A stretch of 64,000 nucleotides of DNA. Source: Octopus sinensis (taxonomy: Eukaryota). Shown here piece after piece: positions 39,238 to 52,680 of the stretch; position 1 is the first letter of the stretch, and every line of letters starts with the position of its first letter. The notes under the pieces are model-generated. The model was not told the origin of the DNA, searched no databases, and saw nothing but the letters and a program-made list of their open reading frames with translations. The translations under genes were made by a program, and so were the position numbers. The DNA lies in the NCBI RefSeq assembly GCF_006345805.1, contig NC_043003.1, forward strand, positions 82,584,001 to 82,648,000. Reading direction: 5' to 3'.

Positions 39238-40362
39238 CAGGGTGCGGTGAACAAATTGTCTTGTAAATTATGCAAAAATGTAAACAATATATTCGGCACT
39301 GGTTTCATCCATGGCCTCCAGACGACCATGGAATCTCTTGCAACTCTTCTGGACGGCCTGCTTGTTTCAGTTGGGGAAAGCTGCTATGATCCTTGATTTC
39401 AGTGCATCTTTTGTGTTGCAAGTTTTGTTGGTCCCTCGCTTCACACATAGCAACCAAGAGGGTTGCAGTTTGGCTAATTAGGTGGCCAGATGTTAGGGAT
39501 AATGTGGTCGTAGAAATTGTCTGACAGTCGTGACTGGGTTCTCCTGCATGTGTGGCAAGGTACAGATTCCTGTTGCCAGAGATAGGGTTTTCCAGCAGCC
39601 ACCCTCTTGACCCAAGGCAGCACTACCTCTTCCAGATATTTGATGGGGGCCTCCGTGTGGGAAGATGAATGGAAGCATAATGTTGCCATCACTAATCATC
39701 ACAACAAACATTATGTTGCTGACTGGATGCTTGATTTTATCACTTTCAGTATATGTTTTGGGGTCACAGCAAACCAGCAATTGTTTTGTGTGTTCAATAT
39801 CCTGGCAGAAATTCTTCTTGTCTGAGAGAAAAAAATAACATGTTCGGTTGGAGAGGATGCTTGAGTTTGTTCAAAAGCTTCACAGTGCAGTCTTTCCTCT
39901 TGTCCTTGGTAGCTTGGGATAAAAAGTGGCCCTTTCTCATTTTGTATGAGGAATACCGAATGTCTTCATGCATTAACTGCCTAATAAGAAACTAAGACTC
40001 TCCCGTGTCCCTGGCGATGGACTTGATTGACTCAGGGGCTCATTGCCAATCATGGCCTGGATCTCACGAACAAATTCAGTTTTCTTATCAGAAATATTAG
40101 AATGAGTTTTCCGAGCTGTCATACCTTCGTAATTACTCATCCAACTCTTTCCGAATCCTCTGCTCTGTACTCAGATTGACCCAAACAGTCTGAAATGTAC
40201 GTAGTGGAACCTCCGCCGGAAATTCCAAGCAGTACGGTGCTGTTTTTCTCTGGAGATGGTGCACAACGGATCCTGCTATACTGCGTAGTCGACAAAGTCA
40301 AAAGGAAATAATGAATACGCACGAAAATAAACGTATAAAACAGTGACAAGTTACCCCTTGCG

Positions 40363-40365
<3 letters not shown>
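39238..40365 (-). mobile_element. DD37D (maT-type) Tc1/mariner relic
   Basis: YLEEVVLPWVKRVAAGKPYLWQQESVPCHTCRRTQSRLSDNFYDHIIPNIWPPN; imperfect TIRs cagggtgcggtgaacaaattgtc and gacaagttaccccttgcgcc; spacing inferred from family consensus. Confidence 0.8.
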
Positions 40366-40428
<63 letters not shown>

Positions 40429-40454
40429 ACGGAAACTGGATGCAAATAATGGTT

Positions 40455-40660
40455 ATATATTTACTACGTTCTTGTCCACATGCGGCTAAACATAAAGGGG
40501 GCAAACAAGGACAAAGTGATTAAGTCGATTACATCGAACCCAGTGTGTAAGTTTTACTTATTTAATCGACCCCGACAGGGTGAAAGACCTCGACCGAATT
40601 TGAACGTAACGGTAGACGAAATTTCGCCCGGCGTGCTAACGATTCAGCCGGGTCGTCGCC
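40455..40660 (-). mobile_element. SINE (family B)
   Basis: ggctaaaca..gggg.caaacaaggac..gattaagtcgattacatcga..tttcgcccggcgtgctaacg, as at 4100-4335. Confidence 0.85.
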
Positions 40661-40719
40661 CTAGTATTTGTTGTGTATTGTGTTGAATTAAAAGTTTTGC
40701 AAAATATTGGTAATTTATT

Positions 40720-40970
40720 GGCTTCATTCGTTCCAGCAAGAGCAGGGTATCATTCAAAGTAGATACCATCGTGTTGCACCTTCCGAAGCCACCTTGCTGA
40801 CATGCATTTTCCCCACCCTATACCAGATCTTGCCTTTCGAGATGAGGAAGTCCTTCACTGAAGCTTCCACATCCTCCTCGTTGGTGAAACGTCGAGAGCA
40901 GAAAAAGTGTGCAATGAATCAGCACGCTTCATCGACCAAGAAGAGGTAGAAGATTCAGAAAAAAAAAGTG
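40720..40970 (-). mobile_element. mariner transposase C-terminal fragment
   Basis: RRFTNEEDVEASVKDFLISKGKIWYR...RWLRKVQHDGIYFE*. Confidence 0.75.
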
Positions 40971-41298
40971 CTTTACATTCAAGTACAAAAACTGGCATGA
41001 ATGTTCGATGAAAGAACAGACAGAAAGGTAGCTTCTGGCTGTGCGGTGCGATGGTCTCTTCTTTGAATGCTAGTGTGATTTTGTTGTAATTTGAGGAATA
41101 ACGCAAATAAATTACCAAAATATTGCAAAGCTCTTGACTCAACAAAATAGATACACACACACACACACACACACATGCACATTTATACGCATGTGTTGTG
41201 TGATTGTGTGATTATGCATACATGGAAGTTCTTTCGTCAATGGTAAACAAACTTGTAAGAGCTTGTCTCGGAGGATAACTTTCTAGGTGCAATACCTA

Positions 41299-41348
41299 GA
41301 AAGGAGTCTTTACTCTCACATGACTGAAAGGAGTCTTTACTCTCACAT
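41299..41348. repeat. 27-bp-period tandem duplication
   Basis: gaaaggagtctttactctcacat twice. Confidence 0.9.
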
Positions 41349-42104
41349 AGTAAATCAAATATATGCCGTCAAAAACGTCCCCTCATTTACTGTCTACAGA
41401 TCTCTACAACATTTGAAATAAAAATGTCTGCTAGTATATGTGCAGTAAGAGTCAACTTTATGAGTAAGAAACCTCAGAAAAACATTACTAAATTGCACAA
41501 AAATATCGTACTATGCCTAATTTGGAGTGAAATTAGAAGACCATGAGAAGAACCGTGCTCCTCATAAGCAGTTTTTTCATATATGTATGTCGTTTCGTTT
41601 TGGAGGGAGCCTAAAAATGAGTGACGACTACTACTTTTACTCATGTGATGTACAAATACACAATTCAATATGATGGCCAACTACGACTGGATGTTGCAAG
41701 AATGACCATCAAATGCTCGCTAGCAAAATAGTTCCAGACGTAATTTTCAAGTGAAGGGAGATTCGGGTAGCTGAACCTAAAGATGAATAGAACTTTTGTA
41801 AAAAATCTATTTTCTCACTTTTCAGTTGCATTTGTGCCATTTTATTTTACTCAATAAAGTAGCACATTTATTTATATTAGTTTCATTTTGTTTCAACACT
41901 TGAAATTGCAGAGATTATTTTTATTTTTCGCCTTCATATTAATTTTCCTCACTCTCTCCCAGGGTTTGGCAAATATCTACAAAAGACAAGCGTCCTAATT
42001 AGCCGTTTGATAGATCGAATGATTTATTAGTTTCTAATTTTCTTCAGGCCACTGAAATTAAATGTATCAGCGAGGTCAGTGAAAAGACAGAAGATCTAAC
42101 ATCT

Positions 42105-42131
42105 GCAACAACAACGACAGTAGCAGAAGCT

Positions 42132-42186
<55 letters not shown>

Positions 42187-42200
42187 CACCAGCAGCAGCA
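42105..42200. repeat. compound (CAG)n/(TAG)n trinucleotide repeat
   Basis: Directly visible. Confidence 0.9.
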
Positions 42201-43344
42201 CACAGGCTTTTTTGACGAAATCAAATATACATCCCTGTAAATATAGTTGTCTTGTGCTCGTAGAAAACCAGAGATTTCCTTCCACCGAGACATATCGACA
42301 GCGGCACATTCTTATACTAAACAAAGAAGATTTGTGCTGAATATGTGCATTCATTTGCTTTGCACCGTTGTTATTTTCCAGTAAACTTAGATATGATTTA
42401 ATTATTGTCATATCGTTAAAAAGATTAACAGAATTTAGAGCGACGGAATTCAAAAGACAAACGACTGTAAAACTTTGTAATTATACCGAAGTGAACATAA
42501 TCATGTTACACTGAAAATAGAAATAAATCAAATATTTAAACAAGAAATAAAAAAAAACAAGAAGAGCTTTAGGAAGGTTTGCAATGTAAATGATGAATGA
42601 AATATCCAGCTATTATTTCACAATCCATCTTTTATAAGGCTACTGTTAACTGTGAGTTAACGTCTTTTCTTGAGAAATATTTTTTTTCCTTTTTCTCATT
42701 TTAAAATCAAATATTGTTTTGGTATAAGCGGGCAGTAATATTGATTGTCAGCAGAGTCAACAAAAACATCAATTTTCGGCTGAAATTGGATAAATCTGTC
42801 CGGAATATGTATTAGCAAAATTCATTCTTTCTTCTTTACATAGGCGCAGAGTAATCAAACGACAATAACAAAGCATTAAAAGATCATAAGACTAACTTGT
42901 AAAAAAAAAATTCCGACACATGTTTCATCTTACATATTTTCTTTTTTTTTTTTCATATTTCTTCTTCCACTTTATAAATTAATTATTACATAAGAGGATG
43001 CGCTGATTCAAGATAAGATAGTCATTATAGTTACTGATGAATGCATCAGTCAATTATAGAAATATATGGCAAGCAAGTGAAAATTAATCATATTTTACTA
43101 CAAGGTATTGTATACACGAGTAGTTTTAATTAACTCTTTGATTGTAGTTCTTTAAATAACCAAATGTAATCATAGCTTTTTTATAATAATATTGTAAGTC
43201 TAGTCTTCTTCAAAGTATTAACACTAATGGATTGATTGCAAGCAAGATGTTTATATATTTAACAATTCAGACACTCATTATTATAGATAATGCTTTTCAT
43301 AAACATCATATTAAATGTTTGCACCTAATATAAAGCAGGTATTT

Positions 43345-43750
43345 TATTCAGTTCTATATTTAAGAGACGAGGAATTATGTACACTATTTACATTCGATGG
43401 ATATTTGTCCTCATCTTGCTTGTTGTTAACAACGTTTCGGCTGATATACCCTCCAGCCTTCTTTAGGTGTCTTGGGGAAATTTCGAACGTGGGTTCTCAT
43501 TCCTAATGTATTTTTCGATGTTATTATTATTATTTTTTTTATTGTTTTTGTTGTTGCTGTCGTCGTTGTCGTCGTTGTTGTTGTTGTTGTTGTTCAGGAC
43601 ACTGCTTGGAACTCGGAACTCGGAATCTTGGGGTTAGTAGCCCGCGCTCTTAACCACTACTCATATACCCGTGGGAATATCAGCAGAAAAGTTGTGTTAA
43701 CAACAAGCAAGGTGAGGGCAAATATCCGTCGAATAATGTAAATAAGGTAT
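43345..43750 (-). mobile_element. complete short element: 5' inverted tail + tRNA-like head + (AAC/AAT)n + body + minimal HHR + tail
   Basis: Arms ~43385-43447 and 43678-43748 are inverted; head 43594-43675; homologous to 4405-4581, 5347-5568 and 19259-19500. Confidence 0.85.
43427..43472 (-). ncRNA. minimal hammerhead ribozyme motif (G5>A variant)
   Basis: Reverse complement gacac-CTAAAGA-a-ggctg-gagggtatat-cagcc-GAAA-cg-tt-g(tg)tt; perfect 5-bp stem II; palindromic AACGTT at helix III. Confidence 0.62.
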
Positions 43751-44162
43751 TGTATTGTATATTTACCATATTGACAATAAGTTCCAGAATCTGTAACTAT
43801 AGGTACGTTAAATCTAATTATAATTAGCATCTAAGGTTCTATACTTCGCTTAATTATTGTAAGTTTTACATGAGACAAGAATCAGCAAAATGTCTCTGGT
43901 TTTCTTATGACGCATTAGGTTGTCACTTAATTTTGGTTATGATGGCAATCATCACGTTACTTATAGTTGCCAATGGTTTTTCGTTTTAATGAGAACGAAA
44001 TATAGTTCTTATGAACAAGACAAGATTTGTTTGCAAGTTGTGTATTAAGACAAATAACTCAAGAATTTGCTCTTTTGTCTTCTTTTATTCAGAACACTAG
44101 GATGGTCTCTAGGCAGAGTCGAAACCCTTCATTGTATACACAAGTAGTTCTCAAACGTTTCA

Positions 44163-44345
44163 CAGTGGTTTCCAACAGGGTTTCCCAAACCTTTTATTTA
44201 AACGAATTTTCCTACAGAGTCCTTTAAATATGCTTATCCGTATGTGTATATATGTGTGTGTGAAATTTTGAATTTATTTCACGAATCTTTACTACTACCT
44301 TTGCGGAGCACCAGGGATCCGCGGACCCCAGGTTGGGAGCCACTG
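44163..44345. mobile_element. hAT/Charlie-like MITE
   Basis: 14-bp TIRs cagtggtttccaac and gttgggagccactg (12/14 match); no 8-bp TSD found. Confidence 0.55.
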
Positions 44346-47300
44346 GTAGAGAGACTAGGGATTTACTATCTCAGCTCGTTTTTCTCTACAATCGCTTGAT
44401 AAAATTTTAAATTTCATTCTGGTGTCATAGACGCTGCATTGTTATGTAGAATGCAACATCTTATAATAATTCTGTTGTCATTACGTTACTCAGTCCGTCG
44501 GTAACGCTTTCACGTGATTAGAGAGAAGAGGGAGAGAGAAGCGTAAAATGACGTGAGGTAGTAATGTTATTTTAACGCTTTCACGTAAGTTCAAGGAGAA
44601 AGTAAAATGGGGGAGGAGAAGAGGATAAGGCGAAGAGTGAGGTAGAAAGAGAAAGAGAGAAAAAGTGGGAGAGTGAAGCGTCCATGACGTGAGGTAGGGA
44701 GAACGTTATATTTATTACGTGGTTTTAAAAGTTAATTGAATGTTGAGGAGGAGCGTTAAAAATACAATTTTGGCAGAGGGGTGATGTTCTGATGGTGAGG
44801 TTAAAGAAAGGCACACAGAGAGAGAGAGAGAGAGAGAGAGGAGGGAGAAAGAGGGGAGAGGAGAGAGAAGGTGGGCATGAGATAGGTGATGATGATGGTA
44901 ACGGTGGTGGTGATCGTAGATATTTTTTAACTGAAGTTTTTTTTATATCACCTATCATTTAACGCATGTGCATAAATGCAATTCCGTGAGATATTCAATT
45001 TACATGGCAGATGCATGCAATTTAAGTTAAGGCTGTATCATAGGTACAGGATATTTTGTTTCTTTATGAGGAAAATGGGAAAATAAGAGTAAATATTTAT
45101 TTTATGTGTGCTGTGTATGAAGTCTATAAAACTGTACATGTATATATACACTGTATATATATATAAAGTGCACATTCCAATTTCTTTCACTTTTCAATGA
45201 GTAACAAATGAGAGACTGCCTTTCCATACTGACCCTACATAGACTTCACAGTCCTGCTAATATATTCCTTATACTTTGAGGAGAATTTGAACATTTGAAT
45301 TATAAACTCGATTTTCTTAATTTCCATACATTTCAACAAAGAATGTAGTAGATTTAAGGGATCTCACTATTTGACTGATATTTAAATTTTGGACCTCAAG
45401 AAAGAAAAAAAGGACGAAGTCGACCCCGAAAGAATTTAAACTGTAACTTCGGGTTTGTAAATGTCTTTAATTACATAACCGCTGGAAGAGCTGTAAGTGC
45501 CATCACTCTGCCAGATGTGACAGTGAAGGACCAAATTACTGTCACATGACAGGGCTATCCTTAACTCTTACAATAGGAAAAGGGAGAGAGATGGAGATAG
45601 AGAGAGAGTGGAGGATGCTGCTAAAGGCATTCAATGACAAGGCAATGTTATCTAACCGGACAATAGGTGAACTCTACCACAAAAATAAGTACAATCCAAA
45701 AAATAGGATACCCCATATTTTCTGTTTGCCATAATTCCTTTACAATATTGTGGTCACATCTAAGCTACAGTAGAAAATATTTTCGACGCATTCATGCCAA
45801 CGACTTGATTATATATCTCAAAGATGTTTACTGTGATACTCTAAAGATGCTACTAGTCATCAGCAACCGTAGTAATGATATTCGTGTTTTATGTTAGTAT
45901 TTATTGTAATATCCTCACAAATACTGAGAAACCTTCAAACCCAATGAATATGAGGATAGCGATATAATAAAAAAAAATACTAAAAAAATATAAATTCAGT
46001 AAATTTGATTTAAACAAAAATACTATAATGAAACAAATAACACATGATATTCATTAAAATTCTATGCTGAAACTTTGATAAATTTTTTGGAGCAAGTTTG
46101 ATGGTTTTCATAAAGCATTGACTGATTCTGGATGTTTTTCTCCATTCGAGATTAAACTTCCGATATATCTATACTGCATGGTGTTTTGAAAGCACAATGT
46201 TCTTCTAAAACTATCACATCTCTTAATCTAATGCTGCAGATATTTCTCCGGTAGGTAATGATTATATCATATACCTTAGAGCAAATCACGCCAATTGTTA
46301 TTCATAGCTCTCGTATTAGTATTTGAAGCCATCTATGAACCTAGTTGCTTTCATCATTGTTATACATATTATAATCATAGTCTTTTATAGCTGTGATTAT
46401 TATATACAAGAAGTCTTTTTTATGTAAAGAATAACCAATACGTTTACTTAATATATTTGCATCTAAATCATCATAACATGCTGAATTCATTACTGTAAAT
46501 CATTTTATATACATCTTCCCGTTGAATACGTAAGAAAACGCAACATATAATTTTGTCTGCTAAAAAAAAGATAAATGACTCGCTATAGTCGAAATACAAG
46601 ATCGATTTAGAGTGGAGATAGACCTATTTATTTTTAAACATTTTATCAAAGAAATGTCACTTTTACTTGTTGTCCGTCTATGAAAATATATTATAGTTTT
46701 CAGCGTCAATTGGCAAGACAAAGTACTACATTTATATGGAACTTAATCCGTGTTTCCATTTACACAGTTAAGAATGTAAAGTATGCATTACTTCTACTTC
46801 TTTATGTAAACTGGGCCTTTGGTATACCTGCGCACATGTAGGGCAATATTGTCAGTTACTTCCCATATAGTCTTCACTTGAATTGTAGACAGTAGTCGGA
46901 TGATTATAAAAGATAAATATTTATTTTCATCCAGATATATGGGAAAAGTGTTGGAAGAAACCTTTTCTTAATCTATCAGATATATTTTTCATTTCATTAT
47001 TTTGCTAATAGAAAAAAAAAGCATGAAAAAGGCGTTATAAAAGAATTTTGAAATTTCTGAGAAGTATATATTCATTTTATGGCGGATAGAATAAGTTTGG
47101 ATTCAATAGTAACCAAAATTGTATAAAGAAAAATAATTATATTTTGTAATTGGACCAAGAGTGCTTCAGTTGGTTGTATTAATCATAATTTTTAGATGAA
47201 AGATTTCGTACTTGAAACACTATCAGAAGACATGACCTCATGCGGAAGAAGTTTATGTTACAAAAGTAGCGATAGCTTGGAAGTTAAATGTCTACTGACA

Positions 47301-48519
47301 GTTATGAAATAGCGTTTGATATTTCTTCCGTATATCATCAATCACATCAATATAAAAGGTAAAAGATGTATGAAATCAGTTCTAATAGGAGAAATAGTGA
47401 TCGTATAAATCAATTACAAATGATTGTATTTGATCTGATTAATAACCAGTTTACTTTAAAGATTAACGCTAATTGTTTACTGATAAATATATACCTTATT
47501 AATAGACCAAATAACCGTCTTTTATATATAAAATATTCAGAAGCTTTGTTGCTTCTTATCATATTATAAGCCATTCTATTGCATTTACTCAAGTAAACTA
47601 AGTTTGAGCTTAATTGAAAATGTATAGTGGTAGATTTTTTTAATGTTTCACACCGAAAATCTACACTTTTTAACAATCACTTGTCTTACTATGTGTAGTA
47701 CTTTTATTATTATTTATCTATTTATAATACCTTCTGATGCCGAATTACAGTATTTCACCACAGAGTATCTAGAGCGAATATAACTGTCATGTTGTGTGGA
47801 GAGTTTTTTTACTATTTCTGCGTCTCCAAACGTTTTAAGAAACCCAAATTTCTTTAAGTTGAGTGTAGATTACACACACTTTCTATTTATTTCGTTATAT
47901 AACTTTGTTGATATATAAACGTAAGTATCTCTAAGTATGTATCTTGCTAAATACCTCATCATGAGAACAGTGTCTTACATATAATATTTTACGTTAGGCT
48001 CATTGATAGCGCATTAGCAGCAGCAAATAGATATAACTGAGTTCATATGCTTATACGCTTGCTTGCATGTATGTTTCGTTCCCTAATTATTCGAGTTCTT
48101 CTTAGAAACAAATATCCATCACTACAATATAAGTAACAGCAGGAATCTGAATTTTAGACTCGTGTTTGACAAATTATACAGCAACGTTTTGAGAATACAT
48201 TTATAAAGTGCCTGGCAGCAAGTCAAGTTCTTTACCTTAAAACCCAATCATTTCTAGATTGTCATTAATATTTAATTATACAGCCATAAGCACCAATAAG
48301 GTTTTGTATTAATGTAATTTTATTATCAGTACAGAGAAGATTTAAGTTTCTGAACATTTGTCTACAGATATTCTCTTTCTTGTTTTAGAAGAAATGTTCG
48401 CCTTTACATCATTGAACCCACATGAATTTTCAATATGTCCCGTTAAATTACATTAATAACTTTGTTTGTGTTTTGCAATAGATTTGATCGGAAAGTGACA
48501 ATTTCTGTGCATATCTATG

Positions 48520-49330
48520 TATGTGTGTATATATGCATTTAAAAATAGGAGTATTCTTTGCGTATTAATCGCTGTACAGCTTTCTCTAAGGCTAGATTTA
48601 GACATTCCTAGTATAACTTTGACCTGCTATCAGGGTTGTTCTTTTAAAATTCAGCAGCAAGCTCTGGATGTGCATAAACCTATTCCAAAGGCATGGTACT
48701 TGCAATAACAACAGTTATACCAAAAATTGAGTACTCATATGGTGATGATTGTAGTAATATCATCACATGTAAACGAACAGTCGAGAAAGTAGGAATTACT
48801 ACTATCAATGAAACTGTAATATCTGGTGTGTGATGGAATAGCAAAGATATTGATATAGTCTTGTGGATAACAAGAAACATTCGATTTTCTTTCCAGTTCG
48901 AGGATCCTGGAAAGCCTTGCAGATTCTCTGGAGATCATAATCATAACTAGAATCAAATTGGCTCAGTCCTGGATCATAATCCTGATGTTTGAAAGAGATA
49001 ATCTCTCTGGTGGCATTTATACTTGTTGTAAATTGCTCTTCTATTAGTTGAGAAGATCTGAAGGCTACGTGTTTAGAAAAGTAGCTCAGAAAAGAAGCAT
49101 CTACATAAAATATAACATGTATTTCGTCGACATGAAGGAATATACCATACATACGAATGGTACAAAATGGTGTTTTGATCTATTTACGGCATTCTCAAAG
49201 GATAACTGAAAGAAATTCGCCAGAAGAAATGGTTCTGCATGAATGTAAATCAAGTAGCAACTAGTCAAAAACATCTCTATTAATTAATGTTCCGATATCT
49301 AAAAACGATTGCTGCATACACCTAGGAATA
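48520..49330 (+). mobile_element. highly degenerate mariner relic
   Basis: SNIITC, SGV*WNSKDI, ILESLADSL, HVFRR in mariner order (IITCDE, VWWNSKG, QL..L, YHLFRSL); TIR-like end near 49305-49328. Confidence 0.5.
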
Positions 49331-49659
49331 TACGAAAATATATACTATTTCGCACTTTTAGCATGGAACGTGTAAGCAGAGAATATACCACCCTTATGAT
49401 AAAAGATAATCTTCAAAGATTTGTCCCTCCAATACGGTGAATCCCAAAATGTTTGCTGTACAGGTACACAAAACAATATTTGGGATTCATGAATTATTAA
49501 TTAGTGGCACAAAAAATATCCTTAACAACTGTGAGATGAAAACTGCTTCTAGCTGTCCAGCTTGATGTTATTTGCAACATAGTTGTATGTTAAAATTTTA
49601 ACGACGTTTAAATTCACACTTTACGAGGAAATAGACTATGAGAGGTGGATAATAAATAA

Positions 49660-49735
49660 GAATTACTGAAATTGTGTTCACTCATTTATGTGAATTACTG
49701 AAATTGTGTGAATTACTGAATTCGTGTTCACCCAC
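49660..49735. repeat. three copies of an 18-bp motif
   Basis: gaattactgaaattgtgt twice plus variant gaattactgaattcgtgt. Confidence 0.85.
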
Positions 49736-50196
49736 TTCATGCTAATATAATCATACACTTTTGTTTAAAATATTACACATTACAACATAGGAGATTTCTT
49801 TGAGTTCAAATTCCTAGAAGAGGATATATGTTTGAAAACCGATTTTTGAAATTCCTCTTTGCCATAGAGCTTTTCATCAATATTCTTCGCATCATGGAGG
49901 TCGTTAACTACTTAGATGTGCGCTAAAAGTATTGTGGTACATATTGTTTATAAGTATTTATATATTTTCCTTACGATTTTAAATTTAGCGATATTTCAGC
50001 TAATTAAATTTGAATAAGTTGGAAAGTTCACATAATTATTAGATGTGTTAGATTTTTCTGTGCTATTTGATTAGATTGTTGATTGGCAATCCAAAATTTC
50101 ACATTAAGGAAAAAGGAAACAAATGAAAAACTTTAAAATTATCTAGTTTCTTCGTTTTCAAATAGACATATCATTCTAAACGTCATGTTGTTTAAA

Positions 50197-50538
50197 TCTG
50201 TATATATAAAAGGCAGGATGTGTGTGTGTGTGTTTGTGTACGTGAATGTAATTTATGCACATCCACCAATTAGCACGCATGTCGCTCCAATTTTAGGAGG
50301 ACATTCGTCATGACCCTAGCTGTATTTTCGTCAACTTATTTTTTTTTACCAGAGGTACCAGTGAATAGCAGTAAAAATAAATTTTCAACCAAAACTTTTA
50401 AGAATTGTCAAATCGGAGAAATCACCATTGTTTGCAAGCAGAAGTCAAGTTCCCTTCTACCCACGAGTAAGTTTTTGTTAAGACTTTTGTTGCTTTTTTC
50501 CATCGAAGAAAAAAGTGTTTTGTTGATATACGGGAAAC

Positions 50539-50591
<53 letters not shown>

Positions 50592-50735
50592 CGCACGCAC
50601 ACACACTAACATGTATGTGTACAGAAAACATGTATGCAATAGGTGTACGGAGGTTTGTGTATGTGTGTGTGTGTTGCCCATATATATATATATTATATAT
50701 ATATATATGTATATATATATATGTATGTATGTATG

Positions 50736-50812
<77 letters not shown>

Positions 50813-50932
50813 AACTTCAATGGATATCGCCCAAATTCGACGTCGATGTTGCTTAGTTTGGTTTGAAATAAAGAACTTTATTAGATTAATAATCCTAACT
50901 TAATCCCGGACAAAGCCGGTTTATACTGGTAG
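50197..50932 (+). mobile_element. non-autonomous Helitron-like element with internal microsatellites
   Basis: 5' a|TCtgtatatataaaagg; 3' hairpin ccggacaaagccgg followed by ...tggTAG|t; sits between A and T with no TSD. Confidence 0.65.
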
Positions 50933-50951
50933 TAGTAAATATTTCCCATTT

Positions 50952-50985
<34 letters not shown>

Positions 50986-51059
50986 GTGTGTGTGTGTGTG
51001 TGTACTTGTGTGTGATTGTGTACGTGGGCTTGTGCGTGTATATATAACTATGCATATAT

Positions 51060-52130
51060 ATTAGGTTGTTTTACATGAAATGTCGTACTTGAAAGTAACA
51101 ATAAAATCTTTCAGAAGTGTTAAAACTGATTTATTTAATCAAAGTATGATCCATGTTCCTTTATGAAGTTTACCTAATGTTTCTCTATGTCATATATTCT
51201 ATCTTTAAAGAAAAATTCATCTTTTCCTGTGATAAACACTTCGAATGCTTCAACTACCTCTTCTCTATTTAAGAATGTTTTATTGCTTATGAAAATCTCA
51301 AAATGCTTAAAAGTGAATATCAGTAGGAGTGATATCAGGGGAATAGGGATGACGTAGCAGCATCTCATAATTCAGGCTTTGCAACTTATGGACCGTAACT
51401 TGAGGAGTGTGAGAATATGCATTGTTGTGGAGCAAAATTGAGCCATCTCTTTTCACTAATCTGGGTTGCTTCTTTTTCAAAATCTCAAGCATACAATCAA
51501 TTTCCTGGCAATACGATGTTGCTGTTACCGTTTTCCCGTGTTGCAAAAATGAATAATGAATAACCGCCTTCGCAGACCACCATACTGTGACCGCTCACTT
51601 TTTAGCGAGTTTGGGTAGTTTCCTGTTCTCCTGCTGTTGTCAATTAGTATCCATTTCCCATCACAAATTATGATTTGATGCAAAAATGGTCTTTTACCAG
51701 TAGAGAAAGCCATAAGGAGCACACTTCGAGACGTCTGTTTTTTTAATCCCGTTCAGCTGATGTGGAACAAACCTATCCGTTTTCTTGACTTTTCCAACTT
51801 TTTCAGGTGTCCAAAAACAATTGTGCGGGATGTTTGGAGTTTTCAAACCTTTGTTTTCGGATTTTGTTCAACCAAATTATTTAATCCATCATGCCGAATG
51901 ACTGATTTTAGCCTATTCCTTGGTTTATTTTTAAGGCTATCATCTCCTGAACGAGAGATTTGGAATCAGTTTGAACAGTTCTGATGTCAACAAATCAATT
52001 ACCAAAGGACCGCTTGATATTCCGTAGAGCTTCTGCGGCAGAGTGACCCAGTTTATACTCATACGAGAAAATCACTCAACATAGTTTGGTTGTTATCATT
52101 TTCATAACGTGTGTGGGTACAGAAGGCTGG
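51060..52130 (-). mobile_element. mariner (DD34D-type) transposase pseudogene
   Basis: YEYKLGH, KRPFLHQIIICDGKWI, SYCQEID, ILLHNNAYSHT, HPYSPDITPTDIHF; TIR-like tattaggttg at 51059. Confidence 0.88.
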
Positions 52131-52469
52131 ATGTACCTAGTTCATATTTCTTCTATATGCTAAACGCACAGCAGTGAGTCGAATTTGAAATTTGTGTTAT
52201 GAAGGTTACATGCATAAATTCATAGACATATACATAATACGTGCAATGAATTTCGGCATAGTTTCCGCTTCCCAAACTTCCCTCATAAGCCAACACTTAA
52301 ATATAATAGAATACATTTGTCCATCGTGCTACAGAGCGCTATCGAACCCAGAATCGTATATGTCTGTTGCATACCACTTAAACTCATAGTAGCACTTAGT
52401 GTATTAATGAAAGACTTCTACCAGCAATTATTTAGGGAAATTCATGACAAGAGATAGACTCTCCATTAA

Positions 52470-52680
52470 CACAGTAATATTTGAAGCAAAGTTCTCAGTA
52501 GTATTTCGTCCGTCTTTACTTTCATAGTCCATATTCCGTCGAGGTCGATTTTATCTTGCATCTTATCGGGATCAATGAAATATGTGCTAGTTGAACCCTG
52601 GGAGCAATGTAATCGACCTATCCAACCCCTCTCATTTTTGGCCTTATTCCAAAATTTGAAACCAGTATTTGAAGCAAGGT
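52470..52680 (+). mobile_element. degenerate SINE (family B)
   Basis: gtatttcgtccgtctttac...gaggtcgatttt...tgtaatcgac. Confidence 0.65.

Noticed and set aside
45515-45548. Hairpin tgtgacagt...actgtcaca
   Set aside because: A single 9-bp stem is expected by chance in 64 kb; no miRNA-like or family context.
48805-49152. 115-aa minus-strand ORF that looks protein-like
   Set aside because: The opposite strand shows mariner motifs in order, so the ORF is better explained as antisense to a decayed transposase.
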